64,000 nucleotides of DNA, taken from assembly GCA_967755175.1 (NCBI GenBank), contig CBRAFO010000007.1:5633-69632 (forward strand), read 5' to 3'. The translations under genes were made by a program, and so were the position numbers. This DNA comes from an uncultured Opitutaceae bacterium (lineage in GTDB: Bacteria; Verrucomicrobiota; Verrucomicrobiia; Opitutales; Opitutaceae). Positions within the stretch are counted from its first letter, which is position 1, and each line of letters starts with the position of its first letter. Under the pieces are notes generated by a model, which ran no database searches, was not told the DNA's origin, and saw nothing but the letters and a program-made list of their open reading frames with translations. This document shows positions 20,566 through 29,331 of this stretch, piece by piece.

Positions 20566-20799
20566 ATGCCCATCACACTCGACGCAATTGTTGAAGAGAC
20601 CCGTCAATGGCCCGACGACGTGGTGGCTGAATTGATCGACCGCATCGTGATCGCCAAACACGGAGGTATTGACGCCCAGCATGCCGAATCATGGGCCAAG
20701 ATCGCCCAATCCCGCCTAGCCGAAGCCGAGCGTGATCCCTCGGTGCTGGTGCCCGGAGACGTGGTGAGCGCCCGCATCCGCAAGATTGTCGGACTGTGA
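20566..20799 (+). CDS. Addiction-module antitoxin
   Basis: 77-aa ORF from ATG 20566 (..AELIDRI..SW..IAQSRLAE..VPGDVVSARIRK); GTGA overlap with toxin gene. Confidence 0.75.
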   Translation: MPITLDAIVEETRQWPDDVVAELIDRIVIAKHGGIDAQHAESWAKIAQSRLAEAERDPSVLVPGDVVSARIRKIVGL

Positions 20800-21089
20800 A
20801 ACCGCACCACCTCCACCGTGAAGCCGAGGAGGAATATGTGGTTGCCGCTGAACACTACGCGCGCATCAGCCCGGCGCTGGGTATTCGTTTTTACGAAGAA
20901 ATCGAACGCCTGATCGCGGAAGTGCGTGCACGTCCGACCCTCTATCGCAGGCATATCGGCGACATCCGACGCCACTTTTCGACAGCATTTCCTTATGGGG
21001 TGCTCTATCACAACCGGCCGGATCACGTTTGGATTCTCGCCGTGATTCCGATGCGTCGTGCGCCTGATTATTGGCTACACCGCCTGTAG
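20796..21089 (+). CDS. RelE/ParE-family toxin
   Basis: LHREAEEEYVVAAEHY..LGIRFYEEI..P.LY..RRHF..FPYGVLY..VWILAV.PMRR.PDYW. Confidence 0.85.
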   Translation: MKPHHLHREAEEEYVVAAEHYARISPALGIRFYEEIERLIAEVRARPTLYRRHIGDIRRHFSTAFPYGVLYHNRPDHVWILAVIPMRRAPDYWLHRL

Positions 21090-21227
21090 ACTGGGTTACG
21101 TAATTTTCAGGCGATGCGGATTTCTTCGTGGCACCTCCGTCCCCATCTTCCGGCAACTGCCTGCTGGGTGGAGATGCATGACGTCTTCGGCTTGGCCTCA
21201 TGGATCGCCGAGGTTATGCACAGGGAC

Positions 21228-22256
21228 TCAGCCGCTGGTTTTCTGCGGCAGAGTTTTCCCATCCACCCAACGCCCTTCGACCAGGAGGTCGCGGCAGATC
21301 TGGGGGATACCACAATCGTTGTCGTTGATGAGTGAGATGGCGGCGAGCATCGCGGTCCGCCCAATTTCCTTCGGGTTCTGGTCAATCCCCGCGTCGATCG
21401 GCGTGTCGAGCACGGTGGTCGTCGCCAGACCGATGTCCTCCGGCACCCGGTATCCGGCCACCGCGATCATTTGCTCCAAACATCCCACTTCCGTGAGGAT
21501 CGCGTCGGGCTTCGTTTTTTTGAGCCAGGCGGTGAACTTCGTCTGGTGTGCTTCGATCCCCGGCCGCTCGATAAAGAAGGGAGGCACTTGCTCCTTCGCG
21601 GGAACGTCTTTTTGGGCCCACTGAAACCCGGCACCGAACATAATGGCCTGCGCGCCTCCGCCGACGAACGCGATCCGTCGGTAGCCCAGTTGCCTCATTC
21701 GCGTGAAAGCGGTGACTCCGTTGATCGCCTGCGCGCTGCCCACCAGATGGAAGCGAACGTCGTCAACCCGTCCGCCAAACCCGACCACGGAGAAGCGTTT
21801 CCAGTTAAAATTCTGCCAATCGATGGGGAAGGAGCGATGGGGCGCGATGAGTATGCCTTGGATGTTTCGAGTCAGTAGAATCTCCTCCAAGCGTGGCAGC
21901 GTCATCGCCCCGCCGAGCACGAACTCTTCGAGCCGGTAGCCATACTCCTCCGCACAGGCCGCGGCCCCGAGCCAGTAGTGATCAAACTCGATCCATGCAC
22001 GCAGCTTTTTTGGCTCGGGCCATACATTGAGCCACGCGATCACCGCATGCTTCGACCGGGGCGACTTCCGTTTTCGATACTGCGAAAGCGCGGATAACAT
22101 GGGGTCCGGCTGATAACCCATCTCGGCAGCCTTTCGCAGGACCTCGTCGCGGCGCACCTTCGGGATACTCGGGTCATGTTTCAACGCCATCGTCACGGTC
22201 GAGCGCGCCAAGCCGAGTGCGCGGGCCAGATCTTTTTGGGTAACACGCTTTTCCAT
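21228..22256 (-). CDS. LacI-family transcriptional regulator
   Basis: N-terminal HTH VTQKDLARALGLARSTVTMALK..AEMGYQPDP; sugar-binding-type C-domain; divergent from GH51. Confidence 0.9.
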   Translation of the reverse strand: MEKRVTQKDLARALGLARSTVTMALKHDPSIPKVRRDEVLRKAAEMGYQPDPMLSALSQYRKRKSPRSKHAVIAWLNVWPEPKKLRAWIEFDHYWLGAAACAEEYGYRLEEFVLGGAMTLPRLEEILLTRNIQGILIAPHRSFPIDWQNFNWKRFSVVGFGGRVDDVRFHLVGSAQAINGVTAFTRMRQLGYRRIAFVGGGAQAIMFGAGFQWAQKDVPAKEQVPPFFIERPGIEAHQTKFTAWLKKTKPDAILTEVGCLEQMIAVAGYRVPEDIGLATTTVLDTPIDAGIDQNPKEIGRTAMLAAISLINDNDCGIPQICRDLLVEGRWVDGKTLPQKTSG

Positions 22257-22300
22257 GATCAATCCTTTCTCGGAGCACAATCGATGGGTGGCAATCGTTC

Positions 22301-22316
22301 ACTGACCTGAGTCAGT
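22301..22316. promoter_or_regulatory. Candidate operator palindrome
   Basis: ACTGAC-ctga-GTCAGT in the divergent LacI/GH51 intergenic region. Confidence 0.3.
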
Positions 22317-22449
22317 AGCGCCGCATTTGAACCCCCGTTTGATTTAGGAAGAATGCTCCCACCCCTGAGGTTGGGCCCTCTCTCCGTCGCCCAAACCCCG
22401 CCCCATTGTCCCTGCCTTCACCCTCCGATCGAGACATTCCCGCATTCCC

Positions 22450-24405
22450 ATGAAGCTTCCTTCTCCCATTCTCTTCGTCTCCTCGTTGCTCGCTTTCGGG
22501 TTGTCGGGGCTTCACGCGCAACCAACCACCGTGACCGTGCAAGCCGGCGCCCCCGGCAAGCCCATCAGTCCCGATCTCGTCGGCATCTTCTTTGAAGATC
22601 TCAACTATGCCGCCGACGGTGGCCTCTACGCCGAACTGATTCAGAATCGCTCCTTTGATTACTCGTCCCCCGACCACAAGGACTGGACCTCCCTGACCGC
22701 GTGGCAACTCGCCCAGCGCGAAGGCGGCCAAGGCTCGGTTACCATCGAAACCGAGTCGCCCCTCAACGCGCAAAACCCGACCTATGCCGTGCTCTCCGTC
22801 GCTGCCGCCGGTCGCGGTGTCGGTCTGATCAACGAGGGTTTCGACGGCATCCCCGTGAAAGCCGGTGAGACTTACAACGTCTCGCTGTTCGCCCGCAAAC
22901 TCACCGGCTCGGCCGCCCCGCTCAGTGTTCGCCTCGAAAGCAAAACCGGCGCGCTCCTGGCCGAAGCAACCCTTCCGGCGCCGACCACCGATTGGAAACA
23001 AGTCTCCACCACCCTCAAGCCCGCGACCACCAACGCCGACGCCCGCCTCGTCGTGCTGGCCACCGGACCAGGGAAACTCGCGCTCGACATGGTTTCGCTC
23101 TTCCCCGCGAAAACCTTCCACAGCCGTTCCAACGGACTCCGCGCCGACCTCGCTCAAGTGGTCGCCGACTTGCACCCGAAGTTCATGCGCTTCCCCGGCG
23201 GCTGCCTCGTCCACGGCGATGGACTCGACAACATCTACAATTGGAAAAATACCATCGGCCCCGTCGAACAACGCAAAGGCCAGTCCAACATCTGGCGCTA
23301 CCACCAGACCGTCGGCCTCGGCTACTTTGAGTATTTCCAGTTCTGCGAAGACATCGGAGCCAAGCCACTCCCCGTCGTAGCCGCCGGCGTCTGCTGCCAG
23401 AACTCCAACCACACTCGCGGCACCGGGCAGCAGGGGCTGCCGCTCGACGCGATGCCCGCCTATATCCAGGACGTGCTCGACCTGATCGAGTTTGCCAACG
23501 GCCCCGCCTCGTCCACCTGGGGCGCCAAGCGTGCCGCCGCCGGCCATCCCGAGCCGTTCCACCTGAAATACCTCGGCGTCGGCAATGAGGACCACATCAC
23601 ACCGGTCTTCAAAGAACGGTTCCACCTGATCTACGACGCCGTGAAGGCGAAGCACCCCGAGATCACCGTCATCGGCACGGTCGGCCCGGCCTCAGACGGC
23701 GATGATTTCGTCAACGGCTGCAAAATAGCCGACGAGCTCCGCGTCCCCATAGTGGATGAACATTACTACAAGCGCCCGCAGTGGTTCTGGGACAATCTCA
23801 CTCGCTACGACACCTACGACCGCACCAAGTCCAAAGTCTATCTCGGCGAATACGCCGCCCACGACGACAAGCGCCGCAGCACCCTGCGCTCCGCCCTCGC
23901 CGAGGCCGCCTACCTCACTAGCCTTGAGCGAAACGGCGACGTCGTCCCCTTCGCCTCCTACGCGCCCCTGATCGCGCGCAAAGGCCACACCCAGTGGAGC
24001 CCCGACATGATCTATTTCACCGGCACGGAGGTTTTTCTCACGATTAACTACCATGTGCAGCAGTTGTTCAGCGTGAACAGCGGCGACGCCTGGCTGACGA
24101 CCACCCTGAGCCAGCCTGCGACGCCATCGCGTTTCGCCGCTTCCGCCGTGCGGGACAGCCAGACCGGCGACCTCATCCTGAAATTCGTTAACGGCGACAA
24201 CGCCGCCCGCCCGCTGCACATCGATCTCGTCGGCGCGAAAAAACTCACCGCCACCGCCGTGAAGACGGTCCTTGCGGCCTCCGACGTGGATACGATCGAC
24301 GCAGAGGCCGTGCAGCCGAAGACCTCGCCGATCACCATCGCTCCGACGTTCGACTACGAGGCCCCGGCAAACTCCCTCACCGTGATCCGCATCCACACCC
24401 GTTGA
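22450..24405 (+). CDS. abfA: GH51 alpha-L-arabinofuranosidase
   Basis: GIFFEDLNYAADGGLYAELIQNRSF, RFPGGC, GVGNED acid/base, YLGEYA nucleophile; signal peptide. Confidence 0.92.
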   Translation: MKLPSPILFVSSLLAFGLSGLHAQPTTVTVQAGAPGKPISPDLVGIFFEDLNYAADGGLYAELIQNRSFDYSSPDHKDWTSLTAWQLAQREGGQGSVTIETESPLNAQNPTYAVLSVAAAGRGVGLINEGFDGIPVKAGETYNVSLFARKLTGSAAPLSVRLESKTGALLAEATLPAPTTDWKQVSTTLKPATTNADARLVVLATGPGKLALDMVSLFPAKTFHSRSNGLRADLAQVVADLHPKFMRFPGGCLVHGDGLDNIYNWKNTIGPVEQRKGQSNIWRYHQTVGLGYFEYFQFCEDIGAKPLPVVAAGVCCQNSNHTRGTGQQGLPLDAMPAYIQDVLDLIEFANGPASSTWGAKRAAAGHPEPFHLKYLGVGNEDHITPVFKERFHLIYDAVKAKHPEITVIGTVGPASDGDDFVNGCKIADELRVPIVDEHYYKRPQWFWDNLTRYDTYDRTKSKVYLGEYAAHDDKRRSTLRSALAEAAYLTSLERNGDVVPFASYAPLIARKGHTQWSPDMIYFTGTEVFLTINYHVQQLFSVNSGDAWLTTTLSQPATPSRFAASAVRDSQTGDLILKFVNGDNAARPLHIDLVGAKKLTATAVKTVLAASDVDTIDAEAVQPKTSPITIAPTFDYEAPANSLTVIRIHTR

Positions 24406-24440
24406 TGGATTTCATACCCGTCCGTCCACGCACCCGAACA

Positions 24441-25949
24441 ATGATCCGCCACGCCCTCCTCCTCAGCGCCACCCTCCTCATGACGACTGGACTCTCCTCC
24501 CTTCACGCGACCGCGCCCACAGCCGCAGCCGCGCCCGCAGAGTTCACGCCATCGAACTCCCGCCCCACCGTCATCCTTCGCGGCGACTACGCCGACCCCA
24601 CGATCCTGCGAGACGGTGACGATTATTACCTGACGCATTCGCCGTTCCTCTACGCGCCAGGTTTCCTCATCTGGCACTCGAAGGACCTCGTGCATTGGAA
24701 ACCCGTCTGCCGCGCCATGACCAAGGTCGTCGGTTCGGCCATGGCGCCCGACCTCGTTAAATTCAAAGACAAATTCTACATCTACTTCCCCGCCGCCCAA
24801 CGCAACTGGGTGATCTGGGCCAAAGACATTTGCGGTCCGTGGAGCGACCCCGTCCGCCTCGACGTCAACTACATCGACCCCGGCCACGTCGTGGACGAGA
24901 AGGGCCAGCGCTGGCTCTTCCTCTCCGAGGGCTATCGCGTCCGCCTCTCCGACGACGGTCTCGCGGTGGTCGGACAAAAAGAAAAGATCTATTCCGGCTG
25001 GGACTACCCGGCCACCTGGAAGACCGAAGGCAAGTTCCTCGAATCCCCCAAACTCATTCGCAAGGACGGCTGGTTCCACATGATCTCGGCCGAAGGGGGC
25101 ACCGCCGGTCCCGCCACCAGCCACATGGTGATCACCGCCCGGTCCAAGAGCCTCGACGGCCCTTGGGAAAACTCGCCGCACAATCCCATCGTTCACACGT
25201 GGAGCGCCGACGAACCCTGGTGGTCGAAAGGCCACGGCACCCTCATCGACGACGGCCATGACCATTGGTGGATCGTTTACCACGCCTACGAAAACGGCGC
25301 CTATCCGCTCGGCCGCCAGACCCTCATCGAACCCGTTCAATGGACGTCCGACGGCTGGATCGACGCCGCGCCCAACGCGCCTCGCCTGCCGGAGGCCGTC
25401 CAAGACATGCCGCTATCCGACGACTTCGCCGGCCCCGCCCTCGGCCTGCAATGGACCACGTGGCGCGACTACAATCCTGCAGACATCACCCTCAAAAGTA
25501 ACAGCCTCTATCTCCGCGCCAAAGGCACCACGCCCGCCGACGCCCGCCTGCTGCTCACCACCGCCACGGACTCCGCCTACACGATCCAGACCGAAGTCAC
25601 CGTCGCCCCCGGAAGCACCGGAGGACTCATTCTCTTCTACAGCGAAAAAGCCTTCGTGGGCATCACCTCCGATGGCCACGGCTTCACCGTCCACGAAGAC
25701 GCCAAGCGCACCAGCCGCCACGATGGCTCTCCGGGCAACCACTGGTTCCTGAAAATCGTCAATGACGGCAAAACCTGCGCCCTGCTCGCCAGCCGCGACG
25801 GCAAAGCCTGGGAGACCATCCAGTCCGGCATCGACGTCTCCAACCTGCACCACAACCGCTTCAAAGGTTTCTTCGCCCTGCGCCCCGGCTTGATGGCCGC
25901 CGGCACCGGCGATGTCCGCTTCGACCGCTTCAGCTATAACCCGCTATGA
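24441..25949 (+). CDS. GH43 xylosidase/arabinosidase with C-terminal beta-sandwich
   Basis: GDYADPTILR, IDPGH, LESPKL, GHGTL, SDDF..LGLQW. Confidence 0.9.
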   Translation: MIRHALLLSATLLMTTGLSSLHATAPTAAAAPAEFTPSNSRPTVILRGDYADPTILRDGDDYYLTHSPFLYAPGFLIWHSKDLVHWKPVCRAMTKVVGSAMAPDLVKFKDKFYIYFPAAQRNWVIWAKDICGPWSDPVRLDVNYIDPGHVVDEKGQRWLFLSEGYRVRLSDDGLAVVGQKEKIYSGWDYPATWKTEGKFLESPKLIRKDGWFHMISAEGGTAGPATSHMVITARSKSLDGPWENSPHNPIVHTWSADEPWWSKGHGTLIDDGHDHWWIVYHAYENGAYPLGRQTLIEPVQWTSDGWIDAAPNAPRLPEAVQDMPLSDDFAGPALGLQWTTWRDYNPADITLKSNSLYLRAKGTTPADARLLLTTATDSAYTIQTEVTVAPGSTGGLILFYSEKAFVGITSDGHGFTVHEDAKRTSRHDGSPGNHWFLKIVNDGKTCALLASRDGKAWETIQSGIDVSNLHHNRFKGFFALRPGLMAAGTGDVRFDRFSYNPL

Positions 25950-28201
25950 TTTCGAAAATTCACTCCATCATTTTTTCGGCGCTCTGCGTCGTCCTCCTAA
26001 TAAACGCCGTCCGGGCGGAAGACGCGCGTCCTTTCTCGAATCCCACTCGCATCCGCTATGACGCGCAGTGTCTGATGATCGAAGGAAAGGACACCTTCAT
26101 CTACAGCGGAGCCTTCCATTACTTCCGATGCCCGAAGGAACTCTGGCGGGACCGTTTTCAAAAAATAAAGGACGCCGGATTCAATACGGTTGAAACCTAC
26201 ACCCCATGGAACTGGCACGAATTCGAGATGCCCGATTCTCCTGAAGATTTTTCCAAAGTCACCGGCCTGCAGGATCTCGACGATTGGCTAACGATGGCCG
26301 AGCAGTTCGGCCTTTATGTTATTGTTCGGCCCGGCCCCTACATTTGTGCGGAGTGGGACAACGGTGGATTCCCCCTGTGGCTAAGCGCCCTTAAATCGCC
26401 GGGATCGTTGCGCTCGGACGATCCGGTTTTTCTCCGTTGGACCAAGCACTGGTATGACGCGATATGCCCGATCATCGCCAAACACCAGATCACGCGCCAG
26501 GCGTCAGGCCGCCCCGGCGTGATTTTTGTGCAATTGGAAAATGAATACGATTCGGCGAAATTTTCCGATCAAATCAAAATCAACCAGCTCAAGGCCCTCG
26601 CCGGTTTTGCACGGGCCGACGGCATCGACGTCCCCTTCATCACCTGCTGGACCAAACAAGTGCGAGGCTCCGCCGATCCCGTGCTTCGGCAGATGTTCGA
26701 TTCCTGTAATTTTTATCCGCGCTGGAACGTTTACGGACAGCTCAAGACGGGCATTGAGAAGTTGCGCCAGGAACAGCCCGACGCGCCCCTTGCCACGACC
26801 GAATTGCAGGGCGGCTGGCTTTCCGTGGTCGGGGGCAAGCTGAGCGAACGCCAGGACGGCCTGACGGCCGCACAAATCCAAAACATCACGCTCTTTGCGT
26901 GGCAGCAGGGAAATACGATCACCAACTATTACATGCTGTTTGGCGGCACCAACTTTGACGACTGGGGCGGACGCAGTATCACGACCACCTACGACTACGG
27001 TGCTCCCATTCGTGAAAACGGAGGCGTGGGCGACCGGTATCAACGTGTCTGGGCGCTTGGCCAGATGATCCGTGAACACGGTTCTAAACTCGCCCGCGCC
27101 CGCCCGGTGCAAATCCAGGCGAAAGCCACGGACAGTGACGTCCAAATTGCCGAGCGTCGCGCCAGCGATGGCAGCCGCTATATTTTCGTGCGCACGGACG
27201 ATCATAAAAATCATCATAGTGGCGTCGTGCACGTGAGCGAGGAAGGCGGGGAGACCTTCTCGTTCGACTATAAGCTCGAACCGTTCGGTTCGCTTGTGCT
27301 TTGGCTTCCGCCCGGCGTGACCGACGCCCGCCAAGGCGAATGGCTGCCAAAACCAGCGCCGGAAATCAAACGACCCAACGGCCTGCCCGCGCCTGTGCAG
27401 TTGCGCGAAGCACAGCGGCTCACGGATCCGTTGCCGTCCACTTGGACGCCGCTCGCGCCCAATGAACCGATCGAGGCGCACGGCGTGTTTAACAGCCATT
27501 CTGTTTATTACAAAATATCCGCCGATCCCGGTGCGACCGTGAGCATCAAGGTGCTGCCGGGCGATGCCCTCATCGGCAGCGAAGGCGGAGACCTGCTGCC
27601 CGCGGTTGTGGGGAAGAACAACGGCCATTTTGCTTTCACGCTGCCCCCCGGCAAACAGGAGCTGATCGTGCTCCATGAAAAGCTTGGCCATCGGAACGGA
27701 CCCACAAACATGGAAAAAGGAGGCAGCTACGGTCTTCACTCCATCGAAGGTGCGCGTGCCGGTGAGCCAATCCGCTTTGCAACAGGAGGAGCGCTGGGCG
27801 TCGAACGAGAGGTCGGCGAAGCTCTTTCGCGTGAGAGCGGCAAAGTCGGCGCTGGCTGGGAATCTGTGCCCATTGACCCAAACGCGGCGCCGGCTCCCAG
27901 CGCGTTGCTGACGTGGTATCGGATGCAGTTTACATTACCCGCGCAAGAACCCGGCGTGTGGGTGCCTTGGCACTTGCACCTGGAGGCGGAAGGCAACGGC
28001 TTTGTCTATGTGAACGGCCGCTGCATCGGCCGCTACTGGCAGGTCGGTCCACAGCGTGATTTTTATATTCCGGAAACCTGGCTGAACTTTGGCCCCGGCA
28101 AGACCAACATCGTCACGCTGAATCTGCGTCCACGCGACAAAGGCGTCGCGGTCAAAGCCGTGCAGATCGTTCCGGATGCGTCTTACGCGGAGTTCCGCTG
28201 A
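25946..28201 (+). CDS. GH35 beta-galactosidase family
   Basis: IYSGAFHYFR, VETYTPWNWHE, RPGPYICAEWDNGGFP, QLENEY, TELQGGW, NYYMLFGGTNF, YDYGAPI. Confidence 0.9.
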   Translation: MISKIHSIIFSALCVVLLINAVRAEDARPFSNPTRIRYDAQCLMIEGKDTFIYSGAFHYFRCPKELWRDRFQKIKDAGFNTVETYTPWNWHEFEMPDSPEDFSKVTGLQDLDDWLTMAEQFGLYVIVRPGPYICAEWDNGGFPLWLSALKSPGSLRSDDPVFLRWTKHWYDAICPIIAKHQITRQASGRPGVIFVQLENEYDSAKFSDQIKINQLKALAGFARADGIDVPFITCWTKQVRGSADPVLRQMFDSCNFYPRWNVYGQLKTGIEKLRQEQPDAPLATTELQGGWLSVVGGKLSERQDGLTAAQIQNITLFAWQQGNTITNYYMLFGGTNFDDWGGRSITTTYDYGAPIRENGGVGDRYQRVWALGQMIREHGSKLARARPVQIQAKATDSDVQIAERRASDGSRYIFVRTDDHKNHHSGVVHVSEEGGETFSFDYKLEPFGSLVLWLPPGVTDARQGEWLPKPAPEIKRPNGLPAPVQLREAQRLTDPLPSTWTPLAPNEPIEAHGVFNSHSVYYKISADPGATVSIKVLPGDALIGSEGGDLLPAVVGKNNGHFAFTLPPGKQELIVLHEKLGHRNGPTNMEKGGSYGLHSIEGARAGEPIRFATGGALGVEREVGEALSRESGKVGAGWESVPIDPNAAPAPSALLTWYRMQFTLPAQEPGVWVPWHLHLEAEGNGFVYVNGRCIGRYWQVGPQRDFYIPETWLNFGPGKTNIVTLNLRPRDKGVAVKAVQIVPDASYAEFR

Positions 28202-28276
28202 TCCCTCCGCACCTGCTCTACCGCACCTCTGGCCGCAATCTGCCGCCAACTCGATCACCCCCTCTTGCCCATTTCA

Positions 28277-29326
28277 ATGAAACACATCCTCGGCCTTGTC
28301 CCTCTTCTGGCCCTCTATCTGACCTCCGCACTTATGGCGTCCGCCCACGTGCCCAAGGAATCCGAACTCGGGGCCTACCTGCTCGTTTATTTCCATGACG
28401 AGACCCACAGCCTGCACATGGCGCTCAGTTCCGACGGTTATAGCTTCACCGCGCTGAACGACGACAAACCCATCCTCGACGGCAAGGAGATCGCCGAGCA
28501 GAAGGGCATTCGCGATCCCCACATCATGCGAGGCCCCGACAGCGCCTTCTATCTCGCGATGACCGACCTGCACCTCTTCGCGCAAAAGGAAGGCATGCGC
28601 TCCACCCTATGGGAACGCGACAAGAGCTACGGCTGGGGCAACAACCGTGGCCTCGTCTTCATGAAGTCAACGGATCTAATCAACTGGTCGCGCTCGAACG
28701 TCCGCGTCGATAAGGCCTTCCCCGGTCTCGCCGAGATCGGCTGCGCCTGGGCGCCCGAAACCGTTTACGACGCGCAGCAGAAAAAGCTGATGGTTCATTT
28801 CACGATGCGCTTCGGCAACGGCCGCAACCGACTCTACTACTCCTACGTGGACGACGCGTTCACGAAGCTCGAGACCGAGCCCAAGCTGCTGTTCGAGTAT
28901 CCCAAAGACATCTCCTACATCGACGGCGACATCACCCAAGTCGGCGACAAGTTCCACCTCTTCTACGTCCCTCACGACGGCACGCCCGGCATTAAGCAAG
29001 CCGTCTCCGAGTGGCTCACGTCGGGCTACGTTTATAATCCCGCCCCGTGCGATCCCGAGCCCAAGGCCTGCGAGGCACCCAACGTCTGGAAGCGCATCGG
29101 TCAGAACAAATGGGTGCTCATGTATGACATCTACGGCATCGAACCGCACAACTTCGGCTTCAGCGAAACGACCGACTTCAAAACCTTCACCAACATCGGC
29201 CACTTCAACGAGGGCGTCATGAAGACGGTCAACTTCACCACCGCGCCCAAGCATGGCGCCGTCATCGCGCTCACCCCCGCCGAGGCCCGCAAACTCGCCG
29301 ACCACTGGAAGCTCACGTCCTACTAG
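28277..29326 (+). CDS. GH43-type five-bladed propeller hydrolase
   Basis: GIRDPHIMRGPD, CAWAPE, YIDGDI, CEAP, KHGAVI; signal peptide. Confidence 0.85.
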   Translation: MKHILGLVPLLALYLTSALMASAHVPKESELGAYLLVYFHDETHSLHMALSSDGYSFTALNDDKPILDGKEIAEQKGIRDPHIMRGPDSAFYLAMTDLHLFAQKEGMRSTLWERDKSYGWGNNRGLVFMKSTDLINWSRSNVRVDKAFPGLAEIGCAWAPETVYDAQQKKLMVHFTMRFGNGRNRLYYSYVDDAFTKLETEPKLLFEYPKDISYIDGDITQVGDKFHLFYVPHDGTPGIKQAVSEWLTSGYVYNPAPCDPEPKACEAPNVWKRIGQNKWVLMYDIYGIEPHNFGFSETTDFKTFTNIGHFNEGVMKTVNFTTAPKHGAVIALTPAEARKLADHWKLTSY

Positions 29327-29331
29327 CGCCC

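Noticed and set aside
25946-28201. Apparent AT-richer codon use in GH35 (and 54998-57331, 59053-60657) as evidence of transfer
   Set aside because: Visual impression from a few lines only; needs a GC3/codon-usage calculation
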